In this document: positions 53,133 through 64,000 of the stretch, piece by piece
How positions within the stretch are numbered: the stretch's first letter is position 1
Layout: each line of letters begins with the position of its first letter
Assembly (NCBI RefSeq): GCF_006345805.1
Contig: NC_043006.1
Span: forward strand, 51,770,001-51,834,000
Length of the DNA stretch: 64,000 bases
Origin: Octopus sinensis
Taxonomy: Eukaryota
Reading direction: 5' to 3'
Notes under the pieces: generated by a model
Database searches by the model: none
Told to the model about the DNA's origin: nothing
Seen by the model: only the letters and a program-made list of their open reading frames with translations
Position numbers and translations under genes: made by a program

Positions 53133-53407
<275 letters not shown>

Positions 53408-54366
53408 ACTAGCTGGTGTAACCGGTAATTCCGGGAGTAAAAATGTTCTATTCAAACGCCCTATTATTCTGGTATAAGAAAGCAATTTCGTTATAACTGC
53501 CACAAAAGGTGTATATTCCGTCACGAAAAAGTACAAAAAACCATCAGACGGAGGAGGGAAAGGTTGTTGGAGATTGGCGAGAGAGGTTTTCGGAGGTTGC
53601 CAAGAAAGCTTGTCGGAGGTTGGTGAGAGGCAAAGACATTATTCTGCTTAGCGAAGGCATCTGGTAAATGCATAACTGCTGTTATTCACAGAAAGACTAT
53701 TGTTTTACCGCGAGAAGAGCGTTGTTGAAATGTTAAGTGAAATTTGGCAATCGAGGATCGAATCCACTCTATACCTGCATGAAGCCACTACAAATACATT
53801 GCAGAATAAAAAAATTATCTCCTGTCATGGAAAAAGTGTAATTGTAAAAATGCAGAATTATCGGAGTAATGGGCATTCAAAAAGGTATGTATATATAGAA
53901 ATGCATGAATGAAGTCTTTAATGTTTAAGATTCAAATTAAGGAAGTGCAATAATGATGTTTAGCAGTTCAAAACTGTGAGTAGTGAAATGCAGAATTAGG
54001 TCAAATAAAGTATAAAAGTTATATTGTCTGCAAAAATTAGAAATAGGACACACAAAAAATCAATATTCAAAGTAATCGAACACAAACGATGAAATGGGTT
54101 ATTTCCCTTGAGTGTTAAGAATATATTGTACAGGTGCTATGGGTTATATCCCTTGAGTGTTTAAAAAATTAGTTATATGAGGTAGATGTAAAGGTCCCTT
54201 CAAGGGGCCGAACAATCGATTTTTTCAGCAATCTAAGTATGTCACGAGGTTTTCAGACTTGAGTTCTATTCACGTGTCAAGTTTCATCAAAATCAATAAA
54301 ACGGTGTAGGAGGAGTTAACTAACAACGCCACAAAGAAACACACACCGATTTTCCACATATGTAGT
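53408..54366 (+). mobile_element. Full-length Helitron-like non-autonomous element inserted in (TA)n
   Basis: 5' ACTAGCTGGTGTAACCGGTAATTCCGGG; 3' AAGTTTCATCAAAATC...CCACATATGTAGTA; (TA)n on both sides. Relatives at 16200-16487 and ~10700-10830. Confidence 0.65.
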
Positions 54367-54439
54367 ATATATATATATATATATATTAATATACATATAT
54401 TAATATGTGTGTATATATATATATATATATATTTTAATG

Positions 54440-54555
<116 letters not shown>

Positions 54556-54556
54556 A

Positions 54557-54605
<49 letters not shown>

Positions 54606-54780
54606 TATATAGTTCACATTTGACACCCAGAGACTCTCCATACAGAAGACACTTAGTGGTGCTCAAATGATTCAAACTTTGATTCCAATGTCTTTAGAGA
54701 GGGTCATTCCACAATGTAAAGAAAGGGAGATCAAGTTGTGCAGGTACAGAGGCAATTATGCGGATAAAACGAATTAGACT

Positions 54781-55699
54781 CACCAAATCTATTAAATATA
54801 TTAAATACATGAAATACAAAATATGTATATATGTGTATATGCAAAATGAGAGAAAACAAAAAGTGGAAACTTTCAGATGATGAATTTTTATGTATAAATA
54901 TATAGATATTTATATTATCGGTTCAACTTAACTAGAGTGAAAACGACAGACAAAATTAAAGAGGTGTAAGAAAGGTGTTATATGTTCAACAGCTGTTTCT
55001 AGGGGCTCGGTGATCCATAATAATATTGGTAGATTTAGTTCATCACAATGTGCAGCCGTATGGAAGCAATTAACATCGGATAAGTCGAGCCTCCGTCGTC
55101 AGGGTAGAGAAAATCTTACATATATCTTAATGCAGAGAAGTCCAAAGCTGGAGTCTTTGCGTCAGTATATATATGTGTGTGTGTGTGTATGATGTGTACG
55201 CATGCGGGCGCGTGTAACGTCGTAGCCTAATTTTCTTAATTTCCTCTTGAAGGAAGCCGGATTTATTGTAATAGCTCTATGTCCTTGTTTAATGGGTACA
55301 TGCCCAATCTTTTTGCACATTCTCTCTGCAAAGTATTGACATATTAATTATTAGGTAAATCTGAGCTTCCTCAAACTATCGAGTTCAGAAATTTTGTATT
55401 CTCTTCATAGCTTTATGCATTTTTTATTGTCTATGTAATATATTCGTGCAAAAATATTCTCTGTCGTTTGTATTCTGTGTAAGTTGAACGTATTAACATG
55501 AATATCTATATATTTATACATCAAAATTCCCACATTTTGCTTTCTCTTATTTTGCATGTATATATACATATATACATATTTTGTATTTAATGTATTTAAT
55601 ACATTTAATGCATTTGACGTGCTTAATTTGTTTATCCGCACAATTGCCCCTCTCGCTCACTCTGCATGTATATATATATATATACATACACACACACAC

Positions 55700-55748
<49 letters not shown>

Positions 55749-55867
55749 CATATATACTACGGTCGATCTAATACACTCACAAGGTTTTGGTCGGCTCGGG
55801 GCTATTGTAGAAAACACGTGCCAAGGTGTCACACAGTGGGACTGAACCCGGAACCACACTGAGACGT

Positions 55868-55953
<86 letters not shown>

Positions 55954-56365
55954 GACAATTGGCAAGAGTTAGATATGCTCGGTATAGAAAAAAGATAATC
56001 GGGCTCAAATGGATTTTTGAACTTGGACTCCGAATTACTCATCCAGGACTATGTCCTTGGCATCAAGAGTGCCTATAAAAGAAATCCAAGGCTAGCTGAT
56101 ATGGAGGAAGTGATGCAGATAAACACAATTAGGCTTGATACATGCACGCGCACACACACATACACACATATCTACATGTATTATATTTTTATAGACCATA
56201 AAAGATACAATACACTCAACAGCTGTTTCAGGGAGCTCAGATTTACGTAATGATCGCAATGTTAATAATTTGCAGATGGAATGTGCAAAAGATCTTGGGT
56301 ATACAACTATTAAACAATGACATAGAGATATTACAATAAATCCGGTTTCCTTCAAGAGAAATTTG
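54781..56365. repeat. Three related Penelope-like repeat segments in alternating orientation (+,-,+)
   Basis: 54781-54930 is inverted relative to 55480-55622; 55240-55395 is inverted relative to 56212-56360; ACAGCTGTTTC motif at 54989 and 56219. The Penelope assignment is inference. Confidence 0.6.
55770..55865 (-). mobile_element. SINE family B 5' half fragment
   Basis: CACAAGGTTTTGGTCGGCTCGGGGCTAT...GGGACTGAACCCGGAACCA. Confidence 0.8.
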
Positions 56366-56877
56366 GCAAAAATTGGCTGTGACATTACACGCGCGCGCAC
56401 ATATACACACTACGTATACAGACACACAGACACACAGACACACACGCATATGTACTCACACATACGCGTATATACACGTACATACATCACACACATACAT
56501 ATACTATTAAAGGTGATTGACTACTTACTACGGGCACAAGTATGAACATTCAATTCAGAATCATCATCAACATCATCCTCATCATCATCATCATCCCTCC
56601 CCCATCACCACCACTACGAACTTACAGGATAGCTACAGCACCGGGAAAAATGCTTAGAGGCATTTCTTCTGACTTTACGTCCACTCGACTTCCATTCTTT
56701 CCAGATCGATGGTATAAGTGCCAGTTGGACATTACGGTGTACGTAAGTGACTTATCAACTTCCCTGAAATTGCTAGCCTTTTGTCAAAATTTGAAATCAA
56801 TATTTGGTTACTACAGCCTGTGATGTTGGCTTTGCTGTTGAAATTCTTGGTGGCAACAAAATAAAATGCAAGTCAAA

Positions 56878-57085
56878 TATTCTTTTCTACTGTAGGCACA
56901 AGGCCCGAAATTTTGGAGGAGAGGGCTAGTCGATTAGATCGACCCCAGTACAAAACTGGTACTTAATTTATCGACCCCGAAAGGATAAAAGCAAAGTCGA
57001 CCTCGGCGGAATTTGAACTCAGAACTATATAGCCGGAAGAAATACCGCAGGTTTTTTTTTTCGGACGCTCTAACGATTCTACTAA
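56878..57085 (-). mobile_element. SINE family A, alternative-tail variant
   Basis: Same body and tail as 36042-36250. Confidence 0.85.
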
Positions 57086-57882
57086 TACATCACTTGATAA
57101 CTCCTGCTAGGCTGCTAGTTGCATCGGGAAAGTTGCTGTCGAGTGACTTAAACTACTACAGTATTTGTACCAATTCCATAGACACCGTAAGAGTGTCGAC
57201 AGAAGAATACCTTCAACTGAATCTCGAATCATAACGTATAAGTTATTTGGAACGACTCTGATATTTCTGTCTCTCTGTCACCCTTCTGCTATTTAATCAC
57301 CTAGAGTCACTACGAACAACTATAACAAAAAAAAAAAGAACAACAACATCAACAACCAATAAATTAACATTTTTTTTAAACAGGAAACAACAGGTCAATT
57401 ATTCATAACGTATGACAAGTCACGTTTCGTTGGAAATCAGTTTTAAAGTTGACATATTTACTACTGAATTTTGTATTACGTCATATTTGAGTTAAGTCAT
57501 ACATGAAAGTATTGGACGCCATCTTCTCTTGTCCATCATAATCGCGTTCCCCTTTTCTTTCATTCTCCTTGGGAACTTACTATTTCTGACCAATACAATG
57601 TTTCTAAATTAGTCTATGGATGGATAAGGCAAGGATTTCACAAAATTTATCACCAATATTTATGAATCAACATATTCTTTTTCATTTTTTTTTATGTATT
57701 CAATGTTGTGAAAATTACAAATGACCGCATAAGGAAATGTTTTCTTACGTAAAAATACATGTTCAAGTATTTTGGTTCTACTCCGAATATACAAATTCCG
57801 CTCTTTTATTTTTTAACTTTTACAATTCCCAGCAAAATGATGATAGTACCTTGATATAGTGTCAGTAGCTCACTCTTCTTCC

Positions 57883-60800
57883 TCAGCCGATATTTTTATC
57901 ATCACTACTAGACCCTTCATTCTCTACTGCATTATTGACATCACTAACCTCTTTAGCGTTCTGCATATCTTCCTCCGCGCTGACGTTAGTTTCACCGTCT
58001 CCATTATTTCTGTCTGTAATTATCGGTGGGACAAGGTTACCGTCCTCATCCTTTGCAGTACTGTTCATATTCTCTGTTGATTTATCATTATCACTATTGT
58101 GCTCAGTATTACTGTCCGTCACTCGTTTGTCAGCATACGCTTCATCACTGTCTACATTATGACTGTCTGTAACTTTCATTACATCATTGTTCACATTTTC
58201 ATCTCCAGGAGTAGTTTTTGTAACCCCTGAAGCAAGAAGGTTTGTGTCACCATCAACAGGATTACTCTCTGTAACTTCTGATGTAGCATTGGTATCATCT
58301 TCATCTACAGTAGAAAACTCAGTCTTGTCGGCAATATTGTCAGTAGTAGCACTATCTATAATTCCTACCGAAGCAGTGTTAATGCTATCGTTATCAGTAG
58401 CCTTCCCTGTAACATCCGATTCACCATTGCTAACATTATCTTCAATAGCATTCTTCTCTACGACTGCATCTTTATTAACATCACCAGCTAATGTAGTACT
58501 TCCTGTAACTTTATTAACATTGCCATCTTCATCAATACTCATTGAAACTTCCTGTGAGACATCATTACCACCACCATCTCTGCTGTCACGCCTTTTTACT
58601 GTGTTATCATCAGTATTTGCAGCAATAGTCTCTGCAACATTTACAGTGCTTCCGTTAGCCTCACCACCTTCGGTTGGGCTACCGTTACTATATATGACAT
58701 CTTTAATCGTACTCTCTGAGTTTGTTCTTGTATTCTGCACATCTCCATCGTTACTCGGTTTAACTTCTACACTGTCACCAACGTCAGGTTCCGTAGAACC
58801 GTCCTCCGCGATATTTACATCATCATTCGTTTCATTATTGTCTCTAGTTAAACTAATAGTTTCTCTACTTCTCTCAGTAACATCACCTCCTTTACCATTG
58901 TCATCATCAACAGCATCATCATCCCTTCTGTGACCGTCACCATCTACATCTCCATCATTATTTTCATCATTATCACGTTCTTCTACACAAGAAGAACTAT
59001 GTTGGTCTTGAGTTTTGCTATCTGCAGCAACGAAGCCTTCACAGTCAGAGGTCATGTTATCAAGCTCAGTTTTCTCGGTCCTAATATCGTTTTTCTCGCG
59101 TAGGGATGTTTTATCTTCATTTATGTTCTGAGTATTGTCTTCTGTATCAGCGATTCTCAAACTGTCATTGCTGTTATCAAGCACGTCAGGAGTTCCAGAT
59201 TTATCTCGAGCAGTATCAGATAAAACTTCGATTCCGCCAACATTCTCGTTCTGAAAGTTCCCATTTTTACTATATGTAACATCATCGTTTTCGGTATTTT
59301 CCACATCTGCGTTTAAAATGTTATCACTTTCATCCATTTTACTAGTTTCACCAGATTTTCTGTCGTTATTTTCGACGAAACTCGTCATCGCTGGCGAATT
59401 GTCTTCAAGTCGGTTTCCATTGTTAACAGAAGGGTTCAACGTTTCATATCTATCATCTATAAAGTTATCAACACTTTCTCCATTAGAAATATTTTTCTGT
59501 TCTTTAGACTGGCTATTTTGACCATTATTTGCATTTATATCACTGGTCTCTTTATTGCTGTCAGCAATAGGCTTTTGGGGTACATTATTTGGTATTTCAT
59601 TTGAGGAGTCTTCATTATATTCATCATTTCTCGTGTTTCTGGAACCATCATTAAAGTTCTTTTCTATGTCATTTGTTTCATTTTCTACTCCATCTTCACT
59701 GTTAAAGTGAGATGGGACATCATTTTCTTGAAGGGAATCTCGTCTTGCCTTGTCTGAATTCACATTACTACGGACTAAGCTTACACTGTCAGGTGTGACG
59801 TCTCCCAAATCATTGGAGTTTTGAATATCACCTGTTACAGCAGTGTCTTCAGATATATCAGTGACTAAGTCTTTATCAGTTTGGTGGGAAATATTTCCGT
59901 CATCAACAGCTTTCGTATCGACCCCTTCATCAACTACAGTATTTGTGTTGTTATTGATAGTGTCAGTATCAGAGACAGCATTATCATCTGAATGTTTAGA
60001 TGCATTATTATCAATATTTACATCTCTAGAAACATTTGAATCACTGTCGATAACTTCAGCTGCTGTACTTGTCTCTTCTGTTGGCTGTTCTGCATTAGTT
60101 ATCACATTTTCACTCATAGAATCCTTTGCAATTATCTTATCGGGCAAATTGCTGTCCGAACGTCCATTTTCATTATCAGTTTTTGCAGCATCAGTTACAT
60201 CAATATCATCTGTAAGATTCTCAGCTGTAAGTTCCATTTCATTCATATCAGTATCACCACCTGCATCCTTGGTTTTTGTCTCATTGTCTCTTTCCTGAAC
60301 ATCATTAATAACTTCCTTTTGGTAAGCAGCAAGTCTATTCACATCATCACCATCATCATCATCTACGGAAGTGTTATGAAGTGATGGAGAATTATCCAAA
60401 GTCTCACCGTTTTCTTCATCAGTTTCTGTATACTTCTTAGGAGTATTTCTTTCTAATATGGAATCAGATTTCCTCTCTACAGAGTTAGGTTCATTGTCAA
60501 CTGGAAATTGTTCTTGTTCCTTCTCTTGATTAATATTGATATTTTCATTGGACTCTCTGGTTTTTAACTCTGGAGTTTGCTTTAAGTCCACAGTAGATGA
60601 TTCTGAGACGTCATCTACTTTTTCGTTAGATTTTTGTGGACTAAATCTATCACTAGTGTGCGTAGCATTAACATTGTCTCGAGATGTTTCAGATTTCATA
60701 TCTTCATTGTCAGATGTATGCTTTTCTTCTTCACTCGTTTTAACATTCTCTTGGTCTGTTTTATTTACGTCAGCTGAAGTAGTATCTATAATTGGGTCAT

Positions 60801-61541
60801 TTGTAACCTCTGATTTACTTTCCTCCTTTTCAGTATTATTTGAAAAATTGTCGGCATTTCCACTATCATCCTTGCCTTCAGCGTTACTCTCATTTACAGA
60901 AACTACTTCACTTTGTTTATTTACATTTACATCAACTGGTGATTGTCTTACCATTGATTCTTTATTTTTCTCTTCATTACTATTGGAATAATTATCAACG
61001 GTTTCTTCATTGTTCATATCGTTCTTACCAGTTTGAGTATTTTTTATATCTGGGTCAGCGTCATCGTTTTGTTTAGAATATTCGGGTAACTGGGAATCAA
61101 CAGTCTTGCTACTTTTTCTTAGAACTTCAGTATTTTTATTCGATTTCTTTTTTAATTTTTCCTTCCTTTTAGTCTGTTTGATATTTTCACGTGTGTTTAC
61201 ATCTTTTTTCCCTGCGATTTTATCTTTCGCACTATAATCATTTACTTTGGAATCATCTCTCGGTTGATGTTTCTCTTCTTCAACATCTACTGTGACTGTT
61301 TCATCTTTGGCTGTTCTTTTACGACCTTTATTCTTGTTAGGGTTTCGTTCAGAAATTCCACGTGGGAAGTTTGTTCTGTTATTAGTTTTCTCTACAGGTT
61401 GGTTGGAATTGGAAGTATTTGTTAGGTTATCTTCTTCCTTCCCTGTCGTTTGACCCTCCATCTCTTCTTTTTCTGATCCTTGTTCTTTTTCAATCTGACT
61501 TTTCCCTCTGTCAAAGTTTCCACGACCTTTCCGACGTCTCC
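57883..61541 (-). CDS. Giant (~3.66 kb) coding exon, probably terminal, of an acidic D/E/N/S/T-rich intrinsically disordered protein
   Basis: 1192-codon ORF, open for 26 more codons upstream (RRRKGRGNFD...) to a TTGGTTTGTTTATTCAG| acceptor at 61542 (phase 1), with an in-frame stop just upstream in the intron. AATAAA at 57805-57810 lies ~75 nt after the stop. Not transposon-like. Confidence 0.85.
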
Positions 61542-63519
61542 CTGAATAAACAAACCAATAGACTTTCGTTTAATAAATGAACAAGGAATTATTACATGGA
61601 TACACATACATAATTATACATAACTCAAGCGTTCGTTTAAATATATAACCATTTATTCGTTTATGCCTCTATCTTATGAATTCCCTCCTCTCTAAATTAA
61701 TACACTTCCATAAATTCTCTCACACACATTCTACACACATAGACACCCCAAGCACACACAGTTGTCAGAGGCGTTGGACAACATGCTTTGCGTAATTTCT
61801 TTTCATTTTACGTTCTATCGAGGTCAGCTTTGCCTTTCATCCTTTCTGCATCGATAAAATAAAATACTTGGATTAGTGAAACTGTTAGAACTCCGGACAA
61901 ATTGCCTTGTGGCATTTGTTCCGACTATGAGTTCTGATTATTTTGGGTGGTAGACTAACTAAATCCATCACCGACTAGTTGAACATCATCATCTGGTCCT
62001 TGAGTGTCTTTCGCGGTTTTAAATCAGCTCCAAGCATTTGGGCTTGTCTTCGATTTAAGGATGAGTGCGTCTTATATGTCTCGTGGGTGGAGGCGTTGAA
62101 AAATAGCCAAAGGGATATAGACAGTTTCTCTCGGTAACTAAATTATACATGTATATACACTCTGACAATAACATTCTGGCGGGAATGTCTATATAAGCAT
62201 GAGCAGCAATCCAATATAGGCAGAAACCCAAACCGGTCTACACTCGGAGAACGAGGCGAAGATAGCCTGTAAACATTCATAAAGGTGACTATTGCTCCAA
62301 ACGAACAATAAGGGTTTGATTCGTAGATACAAGTGAACTTTAACGAACATGAATAAATTAGAATGTAGTCTTGTTTTCAATAAAACATCTTAAAAAGAAA
62401 AGCTGTTCTCCATATGTCCATATGTGTAAATGTAAAAACATACATACATACATACTACATACATACATACATACATACATGCATACATACATACATACAT
62501 ACATACATACATACATACATACATACATACGCACATACACACGTGCCTCCATATGTCCATATGTGTAAACACACGTACATACATACACACATACACATGT
62601 GCACACAAACACACACACAGACACACGTGCACACACACACACACACACAAATTATGACCACTACTCGCAAGCGATTACACTTTGGTGGCTCACATCATGA
62701 CTTCGCTAATTGCTTAAGTGCATATACAGGGTGTGATAGCTATTTGAGGATATAAATGTGGTAATTTTATAAACCAACTCTAATCTAACAAAGACCAAAT
62801 ATATTTTAATAAAAAAAAAAACTGTGCATATATTTTCGATAAACTTTCTTATAAGATCATTCTAAATGTATCCTCTTGAGAAGCGCTTCTGTGATCTTTT
62901 CAGCCATCCCCGCAACTTTGAGTCGATCTTTTATTTCATCAAAATTTCCTGTTAAAATTTTTTTTTCGGCTGCGCTCTTCAAATGATAGAGTTTTCTTTT
63001 CAATTGGCCAATTATTGTTTCAGTTTGAATTCAAAGCTTCACTTTTCTCTTAAGTCCAAATATTTTTTTCTCTTTTTCAATTTTTGCTGATGAGCTATGT
63101 ATATATATTTATTTGTTTACATTTCAGCACATAGTTGATAGCCTTCCGTAGATCAACAAACTTGTCGTTTTCCAAATCCATTTTGGCTTTTTATGGTATT
63201 GTATTGTTTTTGCTTTCTTAATTTTTTAAAATATTAAGCAGTTGTGGAAAGTATAAAAAACATGAGTTTATTTGTCAAACTTAAGGAATATCACACAAAT
63301 GAGAATATTCTTAGCTATATTGTCAATGAACGCCAATGAAACCCCCTGGAATTTTTTCAGTTAAATATGGTCAGTCTCGTAGTCGCAGGTTTTGAATAGC
63401 CTCAATCTTCCCTCGCAACATTTCATTAAAAATACATTTCAGCTCATGTTTTTGCTCTTCCAATTCGAGAGACAAAAAGAGTTGTAACTGCTTCTTTGAT
63501 CAGGCTCATTGCAGGCTAA

Positions 63520-63726
63520 TAGAGTGGCTCTCATTTCAAATTTTTGCCACAAGGGCAGCTTGGGATGAGTTGATTACATCGACCCCAGTGGTACTTATTT
63601 TATCGACCCTGAAAGGATGAAAGGCATAGTCGACCTCGGCGGAATTTGAACTCAGAACGTAGCGATAGGCGAAATACTGCTAAGCATTTCGTCCAGCATG
63701 CTAACCATTCTGCCAGTTTGCCGCCT
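63520..63726 (-). mobile_element. SINE family A, alternative-tail variant
   Basis: GGTACTTATTTTATCGACCCTGAAAGGATGAAAGG...TTCTGCCAGTTTGCCGCC. Confidence 0.85.
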
Positions 63727-64000
63727 AATAGAGTGGCTATCGTTGGCTAAAGTTGATATGTTATTGAACTGGCATCATATTTCTGTGGATATATGTCCTA
63801 TTTAGAAGGAAATGTTGTTTGTGAGATAGTAACAGTGAACTGTTTTTACTAACAATTACAATCAGCAACCAAACTCTTACGTTCAACAAATGTTCCTTGC
63901 AAACATAACTTATTTTCCTTTTTGAGAAAAAAAATGTTCAGTGTGATTTTAGTTTAGTATATTTTAGTTCTGTTTGAGTACAACAATCTGCTTCTGCAAT

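Noticed and set aside
57859-61076. Plus-strand Ser/Leu/Val-rich ORFs (e.g. 58187-58933, 59843-60298, 60536-60991)
   Set aside because: Antisense shadows of the giant minus-strand exon.
62230-62266. Candidate upstream exon (R)LSSPRSPSVDR after a TTTACAG acceptor
   Set aside because: Only weak donors follow, and joining it to the giant exon needs a weak donor or a shifted acceptor; not supportable without RNA.

Overview
AT-rich, microsatellite-dense animal genomic DNA, most likely an octopus (coleoid cephalopod). This is inferred from many copies of tRNA-derived SINEs resembling the octopus OK/OR families. Most of the window is transposon debris: a Ty3/Gypsy LTR element, CR1-like, RTE/BovB-like and R4/Dong-like LINE fragments, Tc1/mariner elements (DD34D, DD37D, DD41D-like), a Sola-like element, Helitron-like non-autonomous elements and Penelope-like repeats with hammerhead-ribozyme-like remnants. 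Two host genes are visible on the minus strand. (1) A ~3.66-kb acidic, disordered coding exon (57883-61541). (2) A small spliced gene missed by the ORF track: signal peptide exon (25634-25569), Cys-rich exon (24648-24514), a 76-nt exon (15397-15322) and a transmembrane/tail exon (6138-5966). The splice phases of these four exons join exactly, but only in a frame with one in-frame TGA in the third exon, 10 nt before a GTAAGT donor. Two segments of the next intron are complementary, in the right order, to the sequence around that TGA. The lead hypothesis is a UGA-to-UGG (Trp) A-to-I editing switch between a secreted and a membrane-anchored protein; this is inference and needs RNA data. No CRISPR, rRNA or true tRNA genes were found.
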